From Octopus vulgaris (Eukaryota): a stretch of DNA of 64,000 nucleotides. Both the position numbers and the translations under genes were made by a program. The stretch covers positions 90,210,001-90,274,000 of the forward strand of contig OX597817.1 in NCBI GenBank assembly GCA_951406725.2. Reading direction: 5' to 3'. The notes below the pieces were generated by a model. That model was given only the letters and a program-made list of their open reading frames with translations, was not told the DNA's origin and ran no database searches. Below, in pieces: positions 1 to 13,446 of this stretch (position 1 is its first letter; each line of letters starts with the position of its first letter).

Positions 1-545
1 TAATGGTTTAATTAATCCTGATGGCTAAAACAAATGAAAGAACTGAAGAACTAGTAAGAGGAAAGAGAAGGGAGAGCAAAGTGCATAGTCATTTTTAAGG
101 CCGCCAAGACTAATGGAAAGCTATGTGAAGGTCATTTTCAAACTAGGGACTTGGTCCAAGTGGTTACAACAGAGTAGATTCTGCCAGAGATAACCAGAAC
201 CAAGTGGTTTTAAAGTAGGTAACAAGTTGGGCCTACCATCCAAGAACAGGAATGGTTCCTCCACTTGGCTTCCACACACCCAAATTTAAGTTACAGGCTT
301 TGATCAGTTAGACACCATTGTAGAAGTCACTTGCTCAAGGTTATGTATAATGAGACTGACTCCCAAACCAAGCAGACACAAAGCAAACCAACCACACCTG
401 CACACAGATATTGACATATTTTGCAATGTACCCCTTCCAATTCAAATAATTATAACAAATATTCTAATATTAATACATTCATATATTAACATAGAATTTG
501 TAATGTGATCTTTTATCATAAAAGATTTGCAAGGTAATAACTAAA

Positions 546-1769
546 TCATCATCATCATCATCATCATCGTTTAGCGTCCATTTTCCATGCTAGCATGGGT
601 TGGACGGTTCTATTGGGGTCCGTGAAGCCAGAAGGCTTCATCAGGCCCAGTCAAATCTGGCAGTGTTTCTACGGCTGGATGCCCTTCCTAACGCCAACCA
701 CTCAGTGAGTGTAGTGGGTGCTTTTTACGTGCCACCCGCACAGGTGCCAGACAGAGCTGGCAAACGGCCACGAACGGATGGTGCTTTTTATGTGCCACCA
801 GCACGAGGGCCAGGCGAGGCTGGCAACGGACACGAATGGATGGTGCTTTTTACGTGCTATCGGCACGAGGCCAGTCGGGGCGGTGCTGGCAACGGTCGCG
901 AAACGGAAGGTTCTCTTACATGCCACCGGCACTGGTAACACATCTGCAATTTCCATTGATCGATTTCGATTCTGATCCTCACTTGCCTCAACAGGTCTTC
1001 ACAAGTAGAGTTTTGTGTCCCAAGAAGGGAAGGTATGCATACGTAGGCTGGCTCCATCCCATGTAGAAGGCCATGGGTTATGGACTCACTTGTCCTGCCG
1101 GGTCTTCTCGCGCACAGCACACTTCCAGAGGTCTCGGTCTCTAGTCATTTCCTCAGTGAGACCTAAAGTTCGAAGGTCGTGCTTCACCACCTCGTCCCAG
1201 GTTTTCCTGGGTCTGCCTCTTCCGCAGGTTCCCTCAACAGCTAGGGTGTGGCACTTTTTCACACAACTATCTTCATCCATTCTCGCCACATGACCATACC
1301 AGCGCAAACGTCTCTCTTGCACACCACAACTGATGCTTCTTAGGTCCAGCTTTTCTCTCAAGGTACTTACACTCTGCCGAGTATGAGTACTGACATTACA
1401 CATCCATCGGAGCATACTGGCTTCATTTCTTGCGAGCTTACGCATATCCTCAGCAGTCACGGCCCATGTTTCACTGCTTGTAGCATGGCTGTTCGTACAC
1501 ACGCATCATACAGTCTGCCTTTCACTCTGTGCGAGAGGCCTTTTGTCACCAGCAGAGGTAAGAGCTCTCTGAACTTTGCCCAAGCTATTCTTATTCTAGC
1601 AGTTACACTTTCAGCACACCCGCCCCCGCTGCTGACTTGGTCACCTAAGTAACGGAAACTATCAACTATTTCTAGTTTTTCTCCCTGGAAAGTGACGGAA
1701 GTTGGTCTCAGAGCATTTTCAGTGTTTATTGTTCCTGAGCATCTGCCACATACAAAAACCATCTTCCTA
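546..1769 (-). mobile_element. 5'-truncated RTE-clade LINE (C-terminal ORF, 3'UTR with ~62-bp tandem units, (GAT)n tail)
   Basis: Frameshifted ORFs 1457-1767 and 1086-1502 read LEIVDSFRYLGD..ARIRIAWAKFREL..RRLRWYGHVARM..GRGRPRKTW, typical of the RTE C-terminus; (cat)n at 546-568 on + is the tail. Confidence 0.9.
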
Positions 1770-1979
1770 GAAAACAATAAACCTTCAAACATTTTATTAT
1801 AACATATTGACACATAAATGTAACACGGAAACAATGTGCTTGCACGACCAGCTAGAAGTATCAGCTAAATCATATCCTATCATCTTGAGAAATAAGGATA
1901 CAATGGATAATGTAGTCTTTGATACACAAAATGACAGGATGACCATACTAGAACATTTTAATCACAAGACAATATTTAA

Positions 1980-2439
1980 CCCTTTAGCATTTAAACTGGT
2001 CATATCAGAATCAAATAGTCTACTTGTTTTATGTTCAAGCCATCCAGATCTGGTCTCTCACACCTATCCCTCAATGCCATTTTAAAAATAAATAATCACA
2101 TTATTATAATCTTGAAGCTTTGAGATAATGCATGATAATACAAAGCAAGGCTACCACCCCTGGTGAAGAGGATTGACTTGCAAGAGTCCTGAGCTGATGC
2201 CACATGAAAAACATTTGTGTTGGTGTCATGTAAAAGTGCTTGGCACACTGTAAAATGGTTGGCATTAAGAAGGGTATCCAAGCCAAATCACACTGGAACT
2301 TGGTGTAGCTTTGCAGCGTCCCAGCTCTGGTGAAACTGTCCAATCCATGCCAGTATGAAAAATGGATGTTAAAGGATGATGATGATGAATGTGAAAAAAT
2401 GAGCATTGCAGTTGACAGAGTAACCTGAATGCTAAAAGG
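1980..2439. mobile_element. piggyBac-type MITE with TTAA target duplication, interrupted by a retroposon
   Basis: ttaa|ccctttagcatt at 1976-1991 and aatgctaaaagg|ttaa at 2428-2443: 12-bp TIR with 1 mismatch, TTAA on both sides. Confidence 0.7.
2142..2388 (+). mobile_element. RTE-3'-end-related SINE/fragment nested in the MITE
   Basis: Ends in ccatgccagtatgaaaaatggatgttaaag(gat)n, matching the RTE 3' end at 546-720. Boundaries approximate. Confidence 0.7.
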
Positions 2440-3425
2440 TTAAAGGTTTGTTCTAGAACTGCATTATTGGTCTTCACTGGTGCCCAAGACCAGTGATATG
2501 AACACAGTTGGTGTTCACCACTGTAAGTAGATGGTTGCAGAAAAAACAGGAAGGGGTGGTGGTACTGAGAGTGAATTCTAGAGGTATGATATTTTGGGAA
2601 GAACTAAAGGCTTGAGCAATTGAAACCATATAGGTGAGAAAAGAAGTAGAGAAGAGTGTGTAGGGAGTGTCTGAGAGTAGGTGGTACAAGATTATAATGG
2701 AAGCAGATGAAGCAACAACAGTAACACTATGTGCATTGAAATCCCATTAAATTATAATAAATTTACATATTTGATGTAAAAAAAGTCATTCTTATGATGA
2801 TAATTTTTCAGACTATTAATTTCATCTTCAGAGAAATGTTTTCAATATTTATATAAATATTGGGGAAATGGCTAGCCTGTTAAGATGAGGTTAACAGTGA
2901 GAAAAATATTAACTCATTAACAATATCTAACCCCAGACATTTAGTTATTCAAAGTCTCTTATAGAAATATATTCACAAATAAACACAACCTTTGTAATGT
3001 GGTTACTGTTAATTATAATAAATTTACCTAAAAACTTCCTTTATGTATGTTTTATAGGAAAAGAATATTTTATATCAAATTTTGTGAACAATAACACCAT
3101 TGGTAATAGAATGTCAACAGACCAATTACGGGGTCATTGCATTTATGATGGTGAAAGTAAAAAACTCAAAGTATTTTGTTTGAAAGCACCTGTTTGTAAT
3201 TCTTTTTCTTTTTTCTTTATTAGTGTTTACATATTTCAGACATGGCTGTGTGGTAAGAAGTTTGCTTCTTGACTGCATAACTCCAGTTTCTGGGTTCAAT
3301 TCCACAGAGTAGTACCTTGGGCAAGTGTTTTCTAGTATAGCATCAGGTGAATAATACAAAACAAGCAACAGAAGCACTTTTATGTATCAAAATATTCTCT
3401 AAACAAATATAGTATAATAAGTATA

Positions 3426-3672
3426 CATCATCATCATCATTTAATGTTCATTTTTCATGCTGGCATGCATTAGATAAATTGACTGGAACTGGTAAGCTGG
3501 AAAGCTGCACGAAGCTCCAGTCTGTTTTGGCTTGGTTTCTAGGGCTGGATATTCTTGCTAATGCCAATCACTCTACAGAGTGTACTGGGTGTCTTTTACA
3601 TGTCACTGGCATGGGTGCCTTTTATGTGTCACCAGCACTGGCCATGACCATATTTCACTTAGCTTGACTTGT
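3426..3672 (-). mobile_element. RTE-3'-end-related retroposon fragment
   Basis: (cat)n followed by a diverged copy of the 570-740 sequence. Confidence 0.7.
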
Positions 3673-3889
3673 CAAACATTTAAAGAGGAAAAGCTTAAGG
3701 AATAAATAAGAATCATATTATCAGAGTTAGGTATGTTCTTTCTACAAAAGACGTTGATTTCTGAGTAAAAGATATTGGTGGAATGAGTATTACAGGAAGG
3801 AGGAATGACAGTATCTTCTATCTTATAATTCATCATCAAAATCTACTTATGGGTGAAGAATTCATCCAAGTGGTTTAATGTTTATAGTG

Positions 3890-4510
3890 CATCATCTATT
3901 TGTACAGCTAAGTGTAGAGACTGAGGTCACCTCTTGTAAATTTTATGTTATGCTCATGATTAGGTTCATTATAGACAAAATGTTGTAGATCTTCCTGTTT
4001 AAGACCTAACCCATCAACAATATTCTTTGTAGTCTGTTTAAATGGAGTTGACAGAATCCCTCTATTCTCAGTTTGTTCTTTTACTAGTAGCGTCAACTCC
4101 TTGTTGGATAAACTTTCTCTGTGGGATTCTAGCAACTCAACCAAATTATACTTTATGACTTCTTCAAAACCTGTATCATTTACAAGGGCTATAATATATT
4201 TCTGAATTTGCTATCGGCTCTCTGCTTGTGGAAAATTTGTAAAGTCTTGGATACAAACTGGCCAAATATTGTTTGCCAAATATTGTTCAAAATTGAAGGT
4301 TTCACTTCATCCCATAACTCAGCTCTGTTATCTACAGCATCTCTTATTGATCAAAAATTATTCACAACAAATATGTAGTTAAAAAAAAATAGCACCAGTA
4401 AAGTAGTTCCATAAGAGCAAAAAATTGCTGCCTTTTCATATGGATGTAAGAATGAAAGGAAGATAAAAGGGTAAAAGAATGATGTGGGAGGAAATACTGT
4501 ATGATTATAG
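3890..4510 (-). mobile_element. Degenerate pogo/Tigger-like DNA transposase remnant
   Basis: Broken frames read WDEVKPSILNNIW, GFEEVIKYNLVELLESHRESLSNKEL and FVYNEPNHEHNIKF, resembling the Tigger/TIGD1 C-terminal region. Boundaries approximate. Confidence 0.6.
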
Positions 4511-5345
4511 TTAGATTAAGGGTTACTAGACTCATGGTTGCTTCATCCATTTCACCTCTAATCTGAGCCATAAACCTTCACACACTATGCATATGCTGTG
4601 GTGCTGCCATACAACACATGTAGCTACATACATTACTATCATACAGGTTGGTCTATCATTGTTGTTGCCAGCTGTTTATTCAAAAAGTTGGTTGGTTGTG
4701 ATGGTGAGATAGATTGTATTAATTTTGGTGTTGGTATTAGTTGGGGTATTGTTGATGGTGGCAGTGATGAGTGTTCATGAAGGAGTTTGTGGTTTGGTAA
4801 TGGGCATGGTTGTATTGGTTTGGTGTTGAAGCCTGTAGTACAGGTGATAATGATAAATAGCATGTGTGTGTGCACATTTAGATAGCTAGATACATAGAGT
4901 TGTATAAATAAAAGAAAGATATAAACAGATACTCATTGTAACACAAGAAAATACACACAAGTATTCTCAGTATAAAATTCCAACTCATATTCTATAATTG
5001 TTCATAGTCATGCATACACAAACACTTGTGTGCTCTGACACACACACACATGCAAACACACATACGTACACACAAACACACATATATAAATATATATATA
5101 CATATATATTTGAATGTATTGGAACTACAGATTTTCAAATTGTCCACTTTTCTTTGATCTTAACTAAAACAACAAAAAGTGGGCTTTTGGCAAAAAAGGA
5201 AAAGCATAGTTGTTAAATTAGTAAAGTTTATCCAAGTTTTCATGAAGGTGAAATTACAAATCAAATCCCAAAACTAGTGGTCATACTTTAGAATTTCCAT
5301 AAACATGAAATCCAATAATCTGAGATAGCTGTAAATGGGGATACT

Positions 5346-5385
<40 letters not shown>

Positions 5386-6798
5386 AGTATACATGAGTGA
5401 GTGGACAAATGAAAGAAAAGAGCATTAAACATATTTAGTAGGAGTTACATGTATCATTATAATAGTTTGATACAGCTCCATGCAACTTAATGCTTTGCAG
5501 GCCTCTAGCAGAAATCCATCTCTTTCAAGCTTTAGATTATCAAAGCGGATAATCAAAAGTTTGAAAGAGACAGGCTTCTGTTATAGGCCCATGAAACTTT
5601 AAGTCGCATAGAACCAAATCAAACTGTTTATATATATATATATAATGGGCTGGTGCATCTACTAGATTGCATCCAGTAAAGCCTGGCTGACTGGCTAGCA
5701 TAAAGTCACTCACAGACATGCACAGCCTTTGGTTCATAGCTATTCTACCTCTAATTTCTGCAGTTTCTATAATGGTCTTTGCTCATTAGAGCTGGCAGGG
5801 ATCATACCATTTCCACTCTGGCACTCCCATCTGATTTGTCTCTCCTCCTCTCACAATTCGTGTTGTATCCAACACTCCCAGGTCCTACACTAATCACTAT
5901 GCTCTTCCTTCCTTCCCAGAATTTTTTTCCTCTGGAACTTCCTCTCTGCTTACATTTTCCTGTTGCTAACTTACAAAGGTTCAAGTAAAACATTAATGGT
6001 GTCAGTCTCATTAGTATAGGAGGGCTTGCAAGGATCATAAGTTCCAGAGCCACTGCAAAAAAAAAAAAAAAACCCAAAAAAACTCTCACTAAAGATTGAT
6101 CTTCTATAGAAGAAGCCATTTGCCCATGATGCCAAATGTCATACACTTCTCATGTCAAATTTCTTAACCACACAGAAAAATAACATATTCATGCATAAAC
6201 ACAGCCATTGCAATGTGACCACAATTAATTATAATATATTTTCATGAGTAATTGCTTAAGGCAATTGATTTATTATAATATATTCACATATAAACATATT
6301 TGTAATGCAACTCTGTCTGGTTTGAACAAATTTACATAAATACAGTGGAGGATTGGCAGATTTTGTCTAAGTCAGCTTTGCCTTTCATCCTTTTAAAATT
6401 AATAAGTCCTGGAGTTAATATAACTGACTACATCCTTGAAGGCAGTGCCCCAGCATGGCCACAGTTCACTGAGTGAAACCAAGAGATGAATATGATAATA
6501 CACACTTTCCAAATGGAAAACCTTAATTACTTTAATGGCAATATACTCACACGTAATATAAGCCAAGAAGAGAATTGCTATTTAATCACTCAGTCTAATA
6601 GAAATAGCAGCAAAATCTCGTTCAAATCATATTCCACTGTCTTAAAAAGGGAAGGACACATTGGAAAATATAGTCCTAGATATACAATACAGTCCTAGAT
6701 ATACAATTATGGAATCATCAAGGGTTCAAGAACAGTTATACAATGTGATCATTTTTTAAATGAAGTTGAATAGCAAAATAACAAAACCAACTTCTCAC

Positions 6799-7027
6799 CA
6801 TGTGCAATGACCCCTTCTTCAAGTAGGACCTGCCACATACCAACTGCCTGAACACGGGTTAATACTAAAGCGCTGTACTGCATCAACCAGTCCACCATCT
6901 CGGTACCAACCATACATTGGCGGTATGTACGCAAATGGTATTTCCGATCTCGGATGATATGTGGTGCCTGAATCATTATCACAGTTCGAAGAATTTCCTT
7001 GGCATGAAACATACTTTCAGAGGGTTC
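6799..7027 (-). CDS. RAPGEF4: Internal coding exon of Epac / Rap guanine nucleotide exchange factor 4-like (DEP domain)
   Basis: [76 protein letters not shown] closely matches the Epac DEP region ([32 protein letters not shown]). Acceptor ctacttgcag|GAA and donor CATG|gtgaga; 229 nt, phase 0 in and phase 1 out. Confidence 0.95.
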
Positions 7028-7553
7028 CTGCAAGTAGAATTGACAACATAGTTAAAATGATTGCAACAATAATAATAATGATGATGATGATGATGATGAT
7101 GATGACAATGATGATGATGGTCACTCCTGTTGATTTCAAGGTGTGAGTGTGTGGAGGAAAGGATTTAAAAATAAGAAAAGAAGGATTAAATATAAAAGAA
7201 GCTGCATCTATTTGCAATGGATGCATGAATGCAGTTTGAATCCAGGTATGGATTTTGCTATAAAGTTACAATGGGGACAATGATGATTTTCATTTTGCCT
7301 GTAATATGTCTGTTCAATGGAGGATGCAATTCTTTTATTGTTCTGTTTCTTCAACTGAAATTGTTGTGATGCATCATGACACATTTTACACCACTCAGAT
7401 TGATCTAAGCAATAACTTTCCCAAGATTAAATTAAGCTGTAGGGATTTCAGTGATTGGTTCAACCTATCTTTATGCTTAAGGCTGAGTTTTCCTTTACCA
7501 CAGATTCCTCCTACCTGTTGGCCATACAAAAGAATTTTCGGAATGATAGTAAA

Positions 7554-7620
<67 letters not shown>

Positions 7621-7646
7621 CAATAATAATAATAATCATAATAATA

Positions 7647-7936
7647 GGAAATAGAGGTAACCAGAATGTGGAATCTAAAAACAGAAACAATTCCTATCAT
7701 AGTAGGTGCACTAGGCATGATAAAAAAATATTCAGACAAATACATAACAAAAACACCAGGACTTACAAACACATATAACATACAGAAAATTGCACTACTA
7801 GGCACTGCACACATCCTACGCAGAACACTTTCCATACAATAACAATCAGAGCATCGCAACAAATCACAGCACATACCTAAGGCACACAGAGCTGCGCTCG
7901 GTAGTGAAGTGAAAGCACGTTATAAAAATATAACTA

Positions 7937-7940
<4 letters not shown>
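7647..7940 (+). mobile_element. Short 5'-truncated copy of the R4/Dong-type LINE, inserted in (TAA)n
   Basis: Near-identical to 23058-23351 (EIEVTRMWNLKTETIPIIVGALG..QKIALLGTAHILRRTLSIQ* plus 3'UTR); (aat)n on both flanks. Confidence 0.92.
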
Positions 7941-8002
<62 letters not shown>

Positions 8003-8312
8003 CATGATATAACCCAAATAAAACAATCCACAATTTATACAGTATATATCCACAAAAATAAACAACTCCCACAACATGTACTCTACAGGCCAGATAACCA
8101 ACAGAAGGAACAACTCACATTACATACACAACGCAAACACTAATATAACAAAGGACTGCAACCAAACCCCATAACAAAACAAACACAACACAATACAATA
8201 CTGGGATGAGTTTGTACTCCTTCAACAACAAAAAAGCACACGCAATGTTGAACACACCTCAACAACGGGGCGGTATAGCAGGTGATGCAGTAGAAATCTG
8301 CCCAACACAATC

Positions 8313-8412
8313 AAAGTCCACCTCAGTGGAACTTGACCTCAGAACGTAAATACAGATGAAATGCCACTAAGCATTTTGCCCAGCGCAGTAAGGATTCTGC
8401 CAGCTCACTACC

Positions 8413-8486
<74 letters not shown>

Positions 8487-8925
8487 CTTTTCTACTATAG
8501 GCATAAGGGTTAACATTTTTGTGGGGTTGGGTAGGGCTAGTTGATTACATTGATCTCAGTACTCAACTGGTACTTATTTTATCAACCCCAAAAGGATGAC
8601 AAGCAAAGTTAACCTCAGCAAAATTTGAATTCAGAACATAAAGCTGGACAAAAGGCTTCTAAGCATTTAGCCTGATCCAAAATTTTGACTGGTACTTTAT
8701 TTTGTTGACATTGGAAGGATGATTTCAGTGGGTATTGAACTTAGAATGTGTTCTAATGATTCTGCCATTCCATTTCCATAATTATTTGTAACATAGGCCA
8801 AAATTTGAGAGGAGGAGAACAATGAATTAAATTGACTCTAGTATTTGACTGGCACTTTATTTTATAAACCCTAAAGGATGAACAGCCAAGTTAACCACAG
8901 TAGGATTTCAACTCAGAACATAAAA
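8313..8925 (-). mobile_element. Cluster of tRNA-derived SINE family B copies (Nin/Deu-like central domain)
   Basis: Repeated diverged ctggtactt..atcaaccccaaaaggatga..gcaaagtt..atttgaactcagaac segments, separated by (aat)n. Confidence 0.7.
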
Positions 8926-8990
8926 ATATAATAACTATATTACCACAAAAAGAAAATTCATCCAGCATTCTAGTAATTCTACTAATCCAC

Positions 8991-9048
<58 letters not shown>

Positions 9049-10131
9049 AACTGCTGCTGCTGCTGATGATGATGATAACCATTTCTTTTGTTACTACAAG
9101 GGTAATGACTGGGAAGCATTACAAAGACAAATTGAAATTGGTAGAAATTTTACGTTGAACTTGGAAAACAGGCAAGTAAAAATATCTTTAAGATAATCGA
9201 TCCTAATAGCGAAACTTCCACTGAGAATCATTCAGGAAACCCACAAATTCTGGATTATTGTAACTACTAAAGATAAGCGCCCTCTATTCATCTTTGTAAA
9301 AATATTTCAAGGGATGCTAAACAACAGATTTTAGAGATATCCTAGATAGCTTTACATTTTATTAAGCTAACCATCATACTTATCAAAAGAATGATTGATT
9401 TAACATTTAGGGCTTCAGTTTAGATGGAGATGGTATGAGATTGTGTTATATTTATGCCTTTCTTAAGGCATAATAAGTTAAAGGAATTACTGTTAAATGG
9501 TAATGTAAACTTAAATACTTGCTCTTTGAACTAAACAGTGTATCATTGTACTAACACATTTGGAACACATGTTAAAATGTTCTGTAATGCAAGAACCATG
9601 CCTTTTTGTTGCATCTTGCAATGTGCATTGGAGGTGCAGAGAAATATGTTCAATTATGATTAAACAAAGCTGAACTGAATGTGGAGTTGATAAGAAGAAG
9701 TTGAAGCTTATTGCCATCATATTACATTACAACACTTGGTTTTGTCTCATCTTAACTCAAAGAAGGAAATTATGTATTTGCTTAACCTACCTCAAATAAT
9801 AGACTACTAGCTTGGAAAAGAGAGACACATTGACTAGTGTGATTCTGGATGCACTATGCCATAGAAGCAGATAAGATGGTTATGGCTGAAATGTCTTTAT
9901 CATGGGTTTTCTTGATCCAAGCAGAGTTAAAGCTGAAACAACAACAGCACTATCACTGAAGTTAAAGACAATGAGTTTTATCCATATTTGGGTGGGTAAT
10001 CATTTGATACAACCGAAGTGATACAAACTAATGAGGAGGCTTCAATGCAATTGCTCAATCTGGTAGAACTAGTAGCTACTTCTTTCTCAAGTTACGTTCT
10101 ACCATTTCAAAAAGAAATGCAGCTCAAGGTA

Positions 10132-10542
10132 TACTCTCTTTTACTCTTTTACTTGTTTCAGTCATTTGACTGTGGCCATGCTGGAGCACCGCCTTTTTTT
10201 TTTTTTTTTAGTCGAGCAAATCGACCCCATGACATATTATTCTTTGTAAGCCTAGTACTTATTCTATTGGTCTCATTTTGCTGAACCGCTAAGTTACGGG
10301 GACGTAAACACAACAGCATCGGTTGTCAAGCGATGTTGGGGGGACAAACACAGACACACAAACACGCACACACACATATATATACGACGGGCTTCTTTCG
10401 ATTTCCGTCTACCAAATCCACTCACAAGGCTTTGGTCGGCCCGAGGCTATAGTAGAAGACACTTGCCCAAGGTGCCACGCAGTGGGACTGAACCCGGAAC
10501 CATGTGGTTGGTAAGCAAGCTACTTACCACATAGCCACTCCT
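10132..10542 (-). mobile_element. Full-length, young tRNA-derived SINE family A (CORE-like motif)
   Basis: Minus strand reads ggagtggctatgtggtaag..ggttccgggttcagtccc (A/B boxes), caccttgggcaagtgtcttc, and an (aaagagt)n tail; CpGs retained. Confidence 0.85.
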
Positions 10543-10597
10543 TTCTCCTGTATGAGAAAAATAAAAAGACATGACAAGATAGTCATGAATGGACTAT

Positions 10598-11122
10598 CTT
10601 TAAACACAGATCTGCTGGATCAGAACTGACCTTCGATCAGTTCTGATCAAAGATCAGCTGATCCAGCAGTTGGATCAGAGTCAACATCTGTTCATAAGTC
10701 CACTGGATCAGACTTACACTTGACCACAGATCAGTTTGATCAGGACTGATCTTTGGTAGTCCATCTCATTGATCAGAACTGACTACTGATCTGAGGTCTG
10801 CTAGGTCAGAACTGACTTTTGATACTTGTTCTGTAGTAACAAGGCTAATCTTTAGTTATTAGTTTGTAGGAACAGGATTGAGATTTGATCACCGATCTGC
10901 TGGATCAAAACTGACCTTTGATCATTGATCTGTTGTCTCAGAACTGACTGTTCATCATATGTATGTTGCATCAGAACTGACTTTTGGCTATAGGTCTGGT
11001 GGATTAGAGAGACATTTGGTCATAGGTATGTTGGTTCAAAACTGACCTTTGGTCAGTGGTTAGCTAAATCAAAGTTGATTATGGCTCATAGTTCAGTTGG
11101 ATCAAATTTGACTTTTAATCAA
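10598..11122. repeat. Degenerate 33-bp minisatellite (~16 units)
   Basis: The tcagaactgac motif recurs at 10773, 10806, 10905, 10938 and 10971 (33-bp phase). Confidence 0.85.
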
Positions 11123-11849
11123 TATAGAAACTTTTGTTTCTTATGAAAGTGCCAAAATACATAGAAATCAATGCAAATGAAAGGTTTCAACCATCTTCAT
11201 CACACTCACATAACTATCACGGTAAGAAATCAATATATGAATGAAATAGGACAAAATAAAAAACAAACTGAAAAATAGTTCATCCACCCCAGTCCCACAA
11301 TCTCCTACTCCCAAAACTAACCAGCAGTCAAATCAAGTATAAAAAAAAGATATAATAATTATTTATATGGTTGGTGTATTTTGTTTCAAAATCATTATCC
11401 ATTTCATTCATCAATAGTGTTTTTTTTTCTACAAACTTCTCACAAAGAAAGGAATCCATTCCAGAAACAAAGATTTTCAATGAAAATCAAAGAAACAAAG
11501 AAATGGTGAAATGGAAAATGGTGAAATGGTCCACATGAGATCACATGGCTTCATTCATGGAATTATTTATAATGCTTTTAACAGTGAACTTTGATTAAGA
11601 TTCAAGCAAAACTATTCATTTCTCTGTTTTATTCTTTCTCTGTCTCCCTATCTGTCCAGCTCTTTCTCTCTCTGCTCTGAAACCAGCAGATAATGCCTGG
11701 TCACTTTTACTCTTTCTCTCTTTGTTCTTTGTAATATGTCTATGATCTCAAAGTTGTTCTGGTATTCTCTATATCAGCACAAGGCAGTTTACCTTGAGTA
11801 ACTGAAGGGAAATGAGGTGTATGTGGTATAGTGAATGAGCAAAGTTGAT

Positions 11850-12096
11850 TTAGAAGAGAAACAGTAAGAGAGAAAGAGAGGGTGGCAGAGAGAAAGAGAA
11901 AGAAAGATACAGGTGGGAGAGCCTGCATCATTTGCTAGAGAGGAAGGGAAAGACAGAGACAGACAGAGAGATGAGGGAGAGAGAGAGAGGGGGAGGGGGA
12001 TAGAGAAAAGTGATGAGGGAATAGAGGAAAGAGGAAAAGAGAGAAAAAAGAATATCAGCAGTAGAGAAGAAGGAAGAGCAGGCATCATCTACAACC

Positions 12097-12131
<35 letters not shown>

Positions 12132-12432
12132 GAGGGCAAGAGGGATAGAGAAAAAGAAATGAGGAAAGGAAAAGAGATACAGAGAGAGTGATAGAATGAG
12201 ATGAAGAAGGAGGGAAGGCAGGTATCATCTATCTTCAAGAGAGAGAGGTGGGAGAGAGAAAGAGGACAGAGAGAGAGAAAGGGATAGAGAAAAAGAGAGA
12301 GGAGAGATGGAAAGAAACAGGAAAGAAAGAGATAAGGAGAGAGGGAAAGAGAGACAACAGTGAGAGAAAGAGATAAAGGAGGGAGAGTAGGCATCATTTA
12401 CTACCAGAGAGGGAGAGAGAAAGAGTGAGAGA
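11850..12432. repeat. GA-rich polypurine tract with recurring ggcatcat motif
   Basis: Visible low-complexity sequence; pyrimidine-rich on the gene strand. Confidence 0.85.
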
Positions 12433-13204
12433 GAAAAGCTGTCTTGTTATAATAGACATGTAACATGAATGAACTATGGATGCTGAGTAAAAGGGTGCTG
12501 AGAAATGATAAGGGTGATGGTCTGTAGTAAAGACAGAACTTTCAGAGAAGGCTTTTAGAGATGTAGTAATGAAGTTTGTTTCGGGCATGATAAACCACAT
12601 TGAAGAGAAAAGACCAGGATCAAATTTCAGATGTGTCTAAATCAGGACATGATAGGGAATACAGTCATTGAAACGCTGAAGATGACGATATATGTAAGAT
12701 GATGAATTGAAAATGACTTTTTAAACATTGGCAGCAATTCCAAAATCTTGACCATACAATAAACCTGTACACACACACACACACACACACACACACTCAT
12801 TCACATCATTGTGATGTATGTGTATTTGTGTGCATGTATGTATATGTGTGTGGAGGTTTGTTGTAACATCATCTGGTTATTTATTTTCTTGTTGGTATGG
12901 ATGTGAGGAAACATTTTTTGAAGCAGACACCTTTCTTTTTTGCCAACTCTTGTTTGTAAGTAAGGTAATTCTGGTTTTCACTTGCCAAACTAGTGAGGTG
13001 TGGGACAGTTTCTGTAGGACGTATACAAATGTCACCACAGCCTAAGTAGTGTCAATGCAAAGATGTGCAGATACATACGCATATCTATTTGTCTGTCTGC
13101 CTCTCTCTGTTTTGAGTAAAACACATTCACAGTTTAGGCTACCTGGTGTCATCCACAATTGAGATATATTTCCTCTGGAAATCCATCTTGTGTTTCCTTC
13201 ATCA

Positions 13205-13270
<66 letters not shown>

Positions 13271-13446
13271 ATAATAATATATATATATATATATATACAA
13301 CAATTGAGGGTAAAATTAATTAATTATTAATCAATTTCACCAAGTGTTCAGTATGCAAAGGGACCATTTAAGGCGAATTCAAATTATTACATTATATAAA
13401 AGGGCTTAGTAAAATAAATTACTTTGCCGCATATATATATATATAT

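Noticed and set aside
5802-6146. 114-aa minus-strand ORF as the next Epac exon
   Set aside because: It lacks the expected F.DKYLFYRF motif and runs through a homopolymer.
10440-10542. tRNA gene
   Set aside because: The tRNA-like A/B boxes are SINE heads continuing into SINE bodies, with no full cloverleaf.
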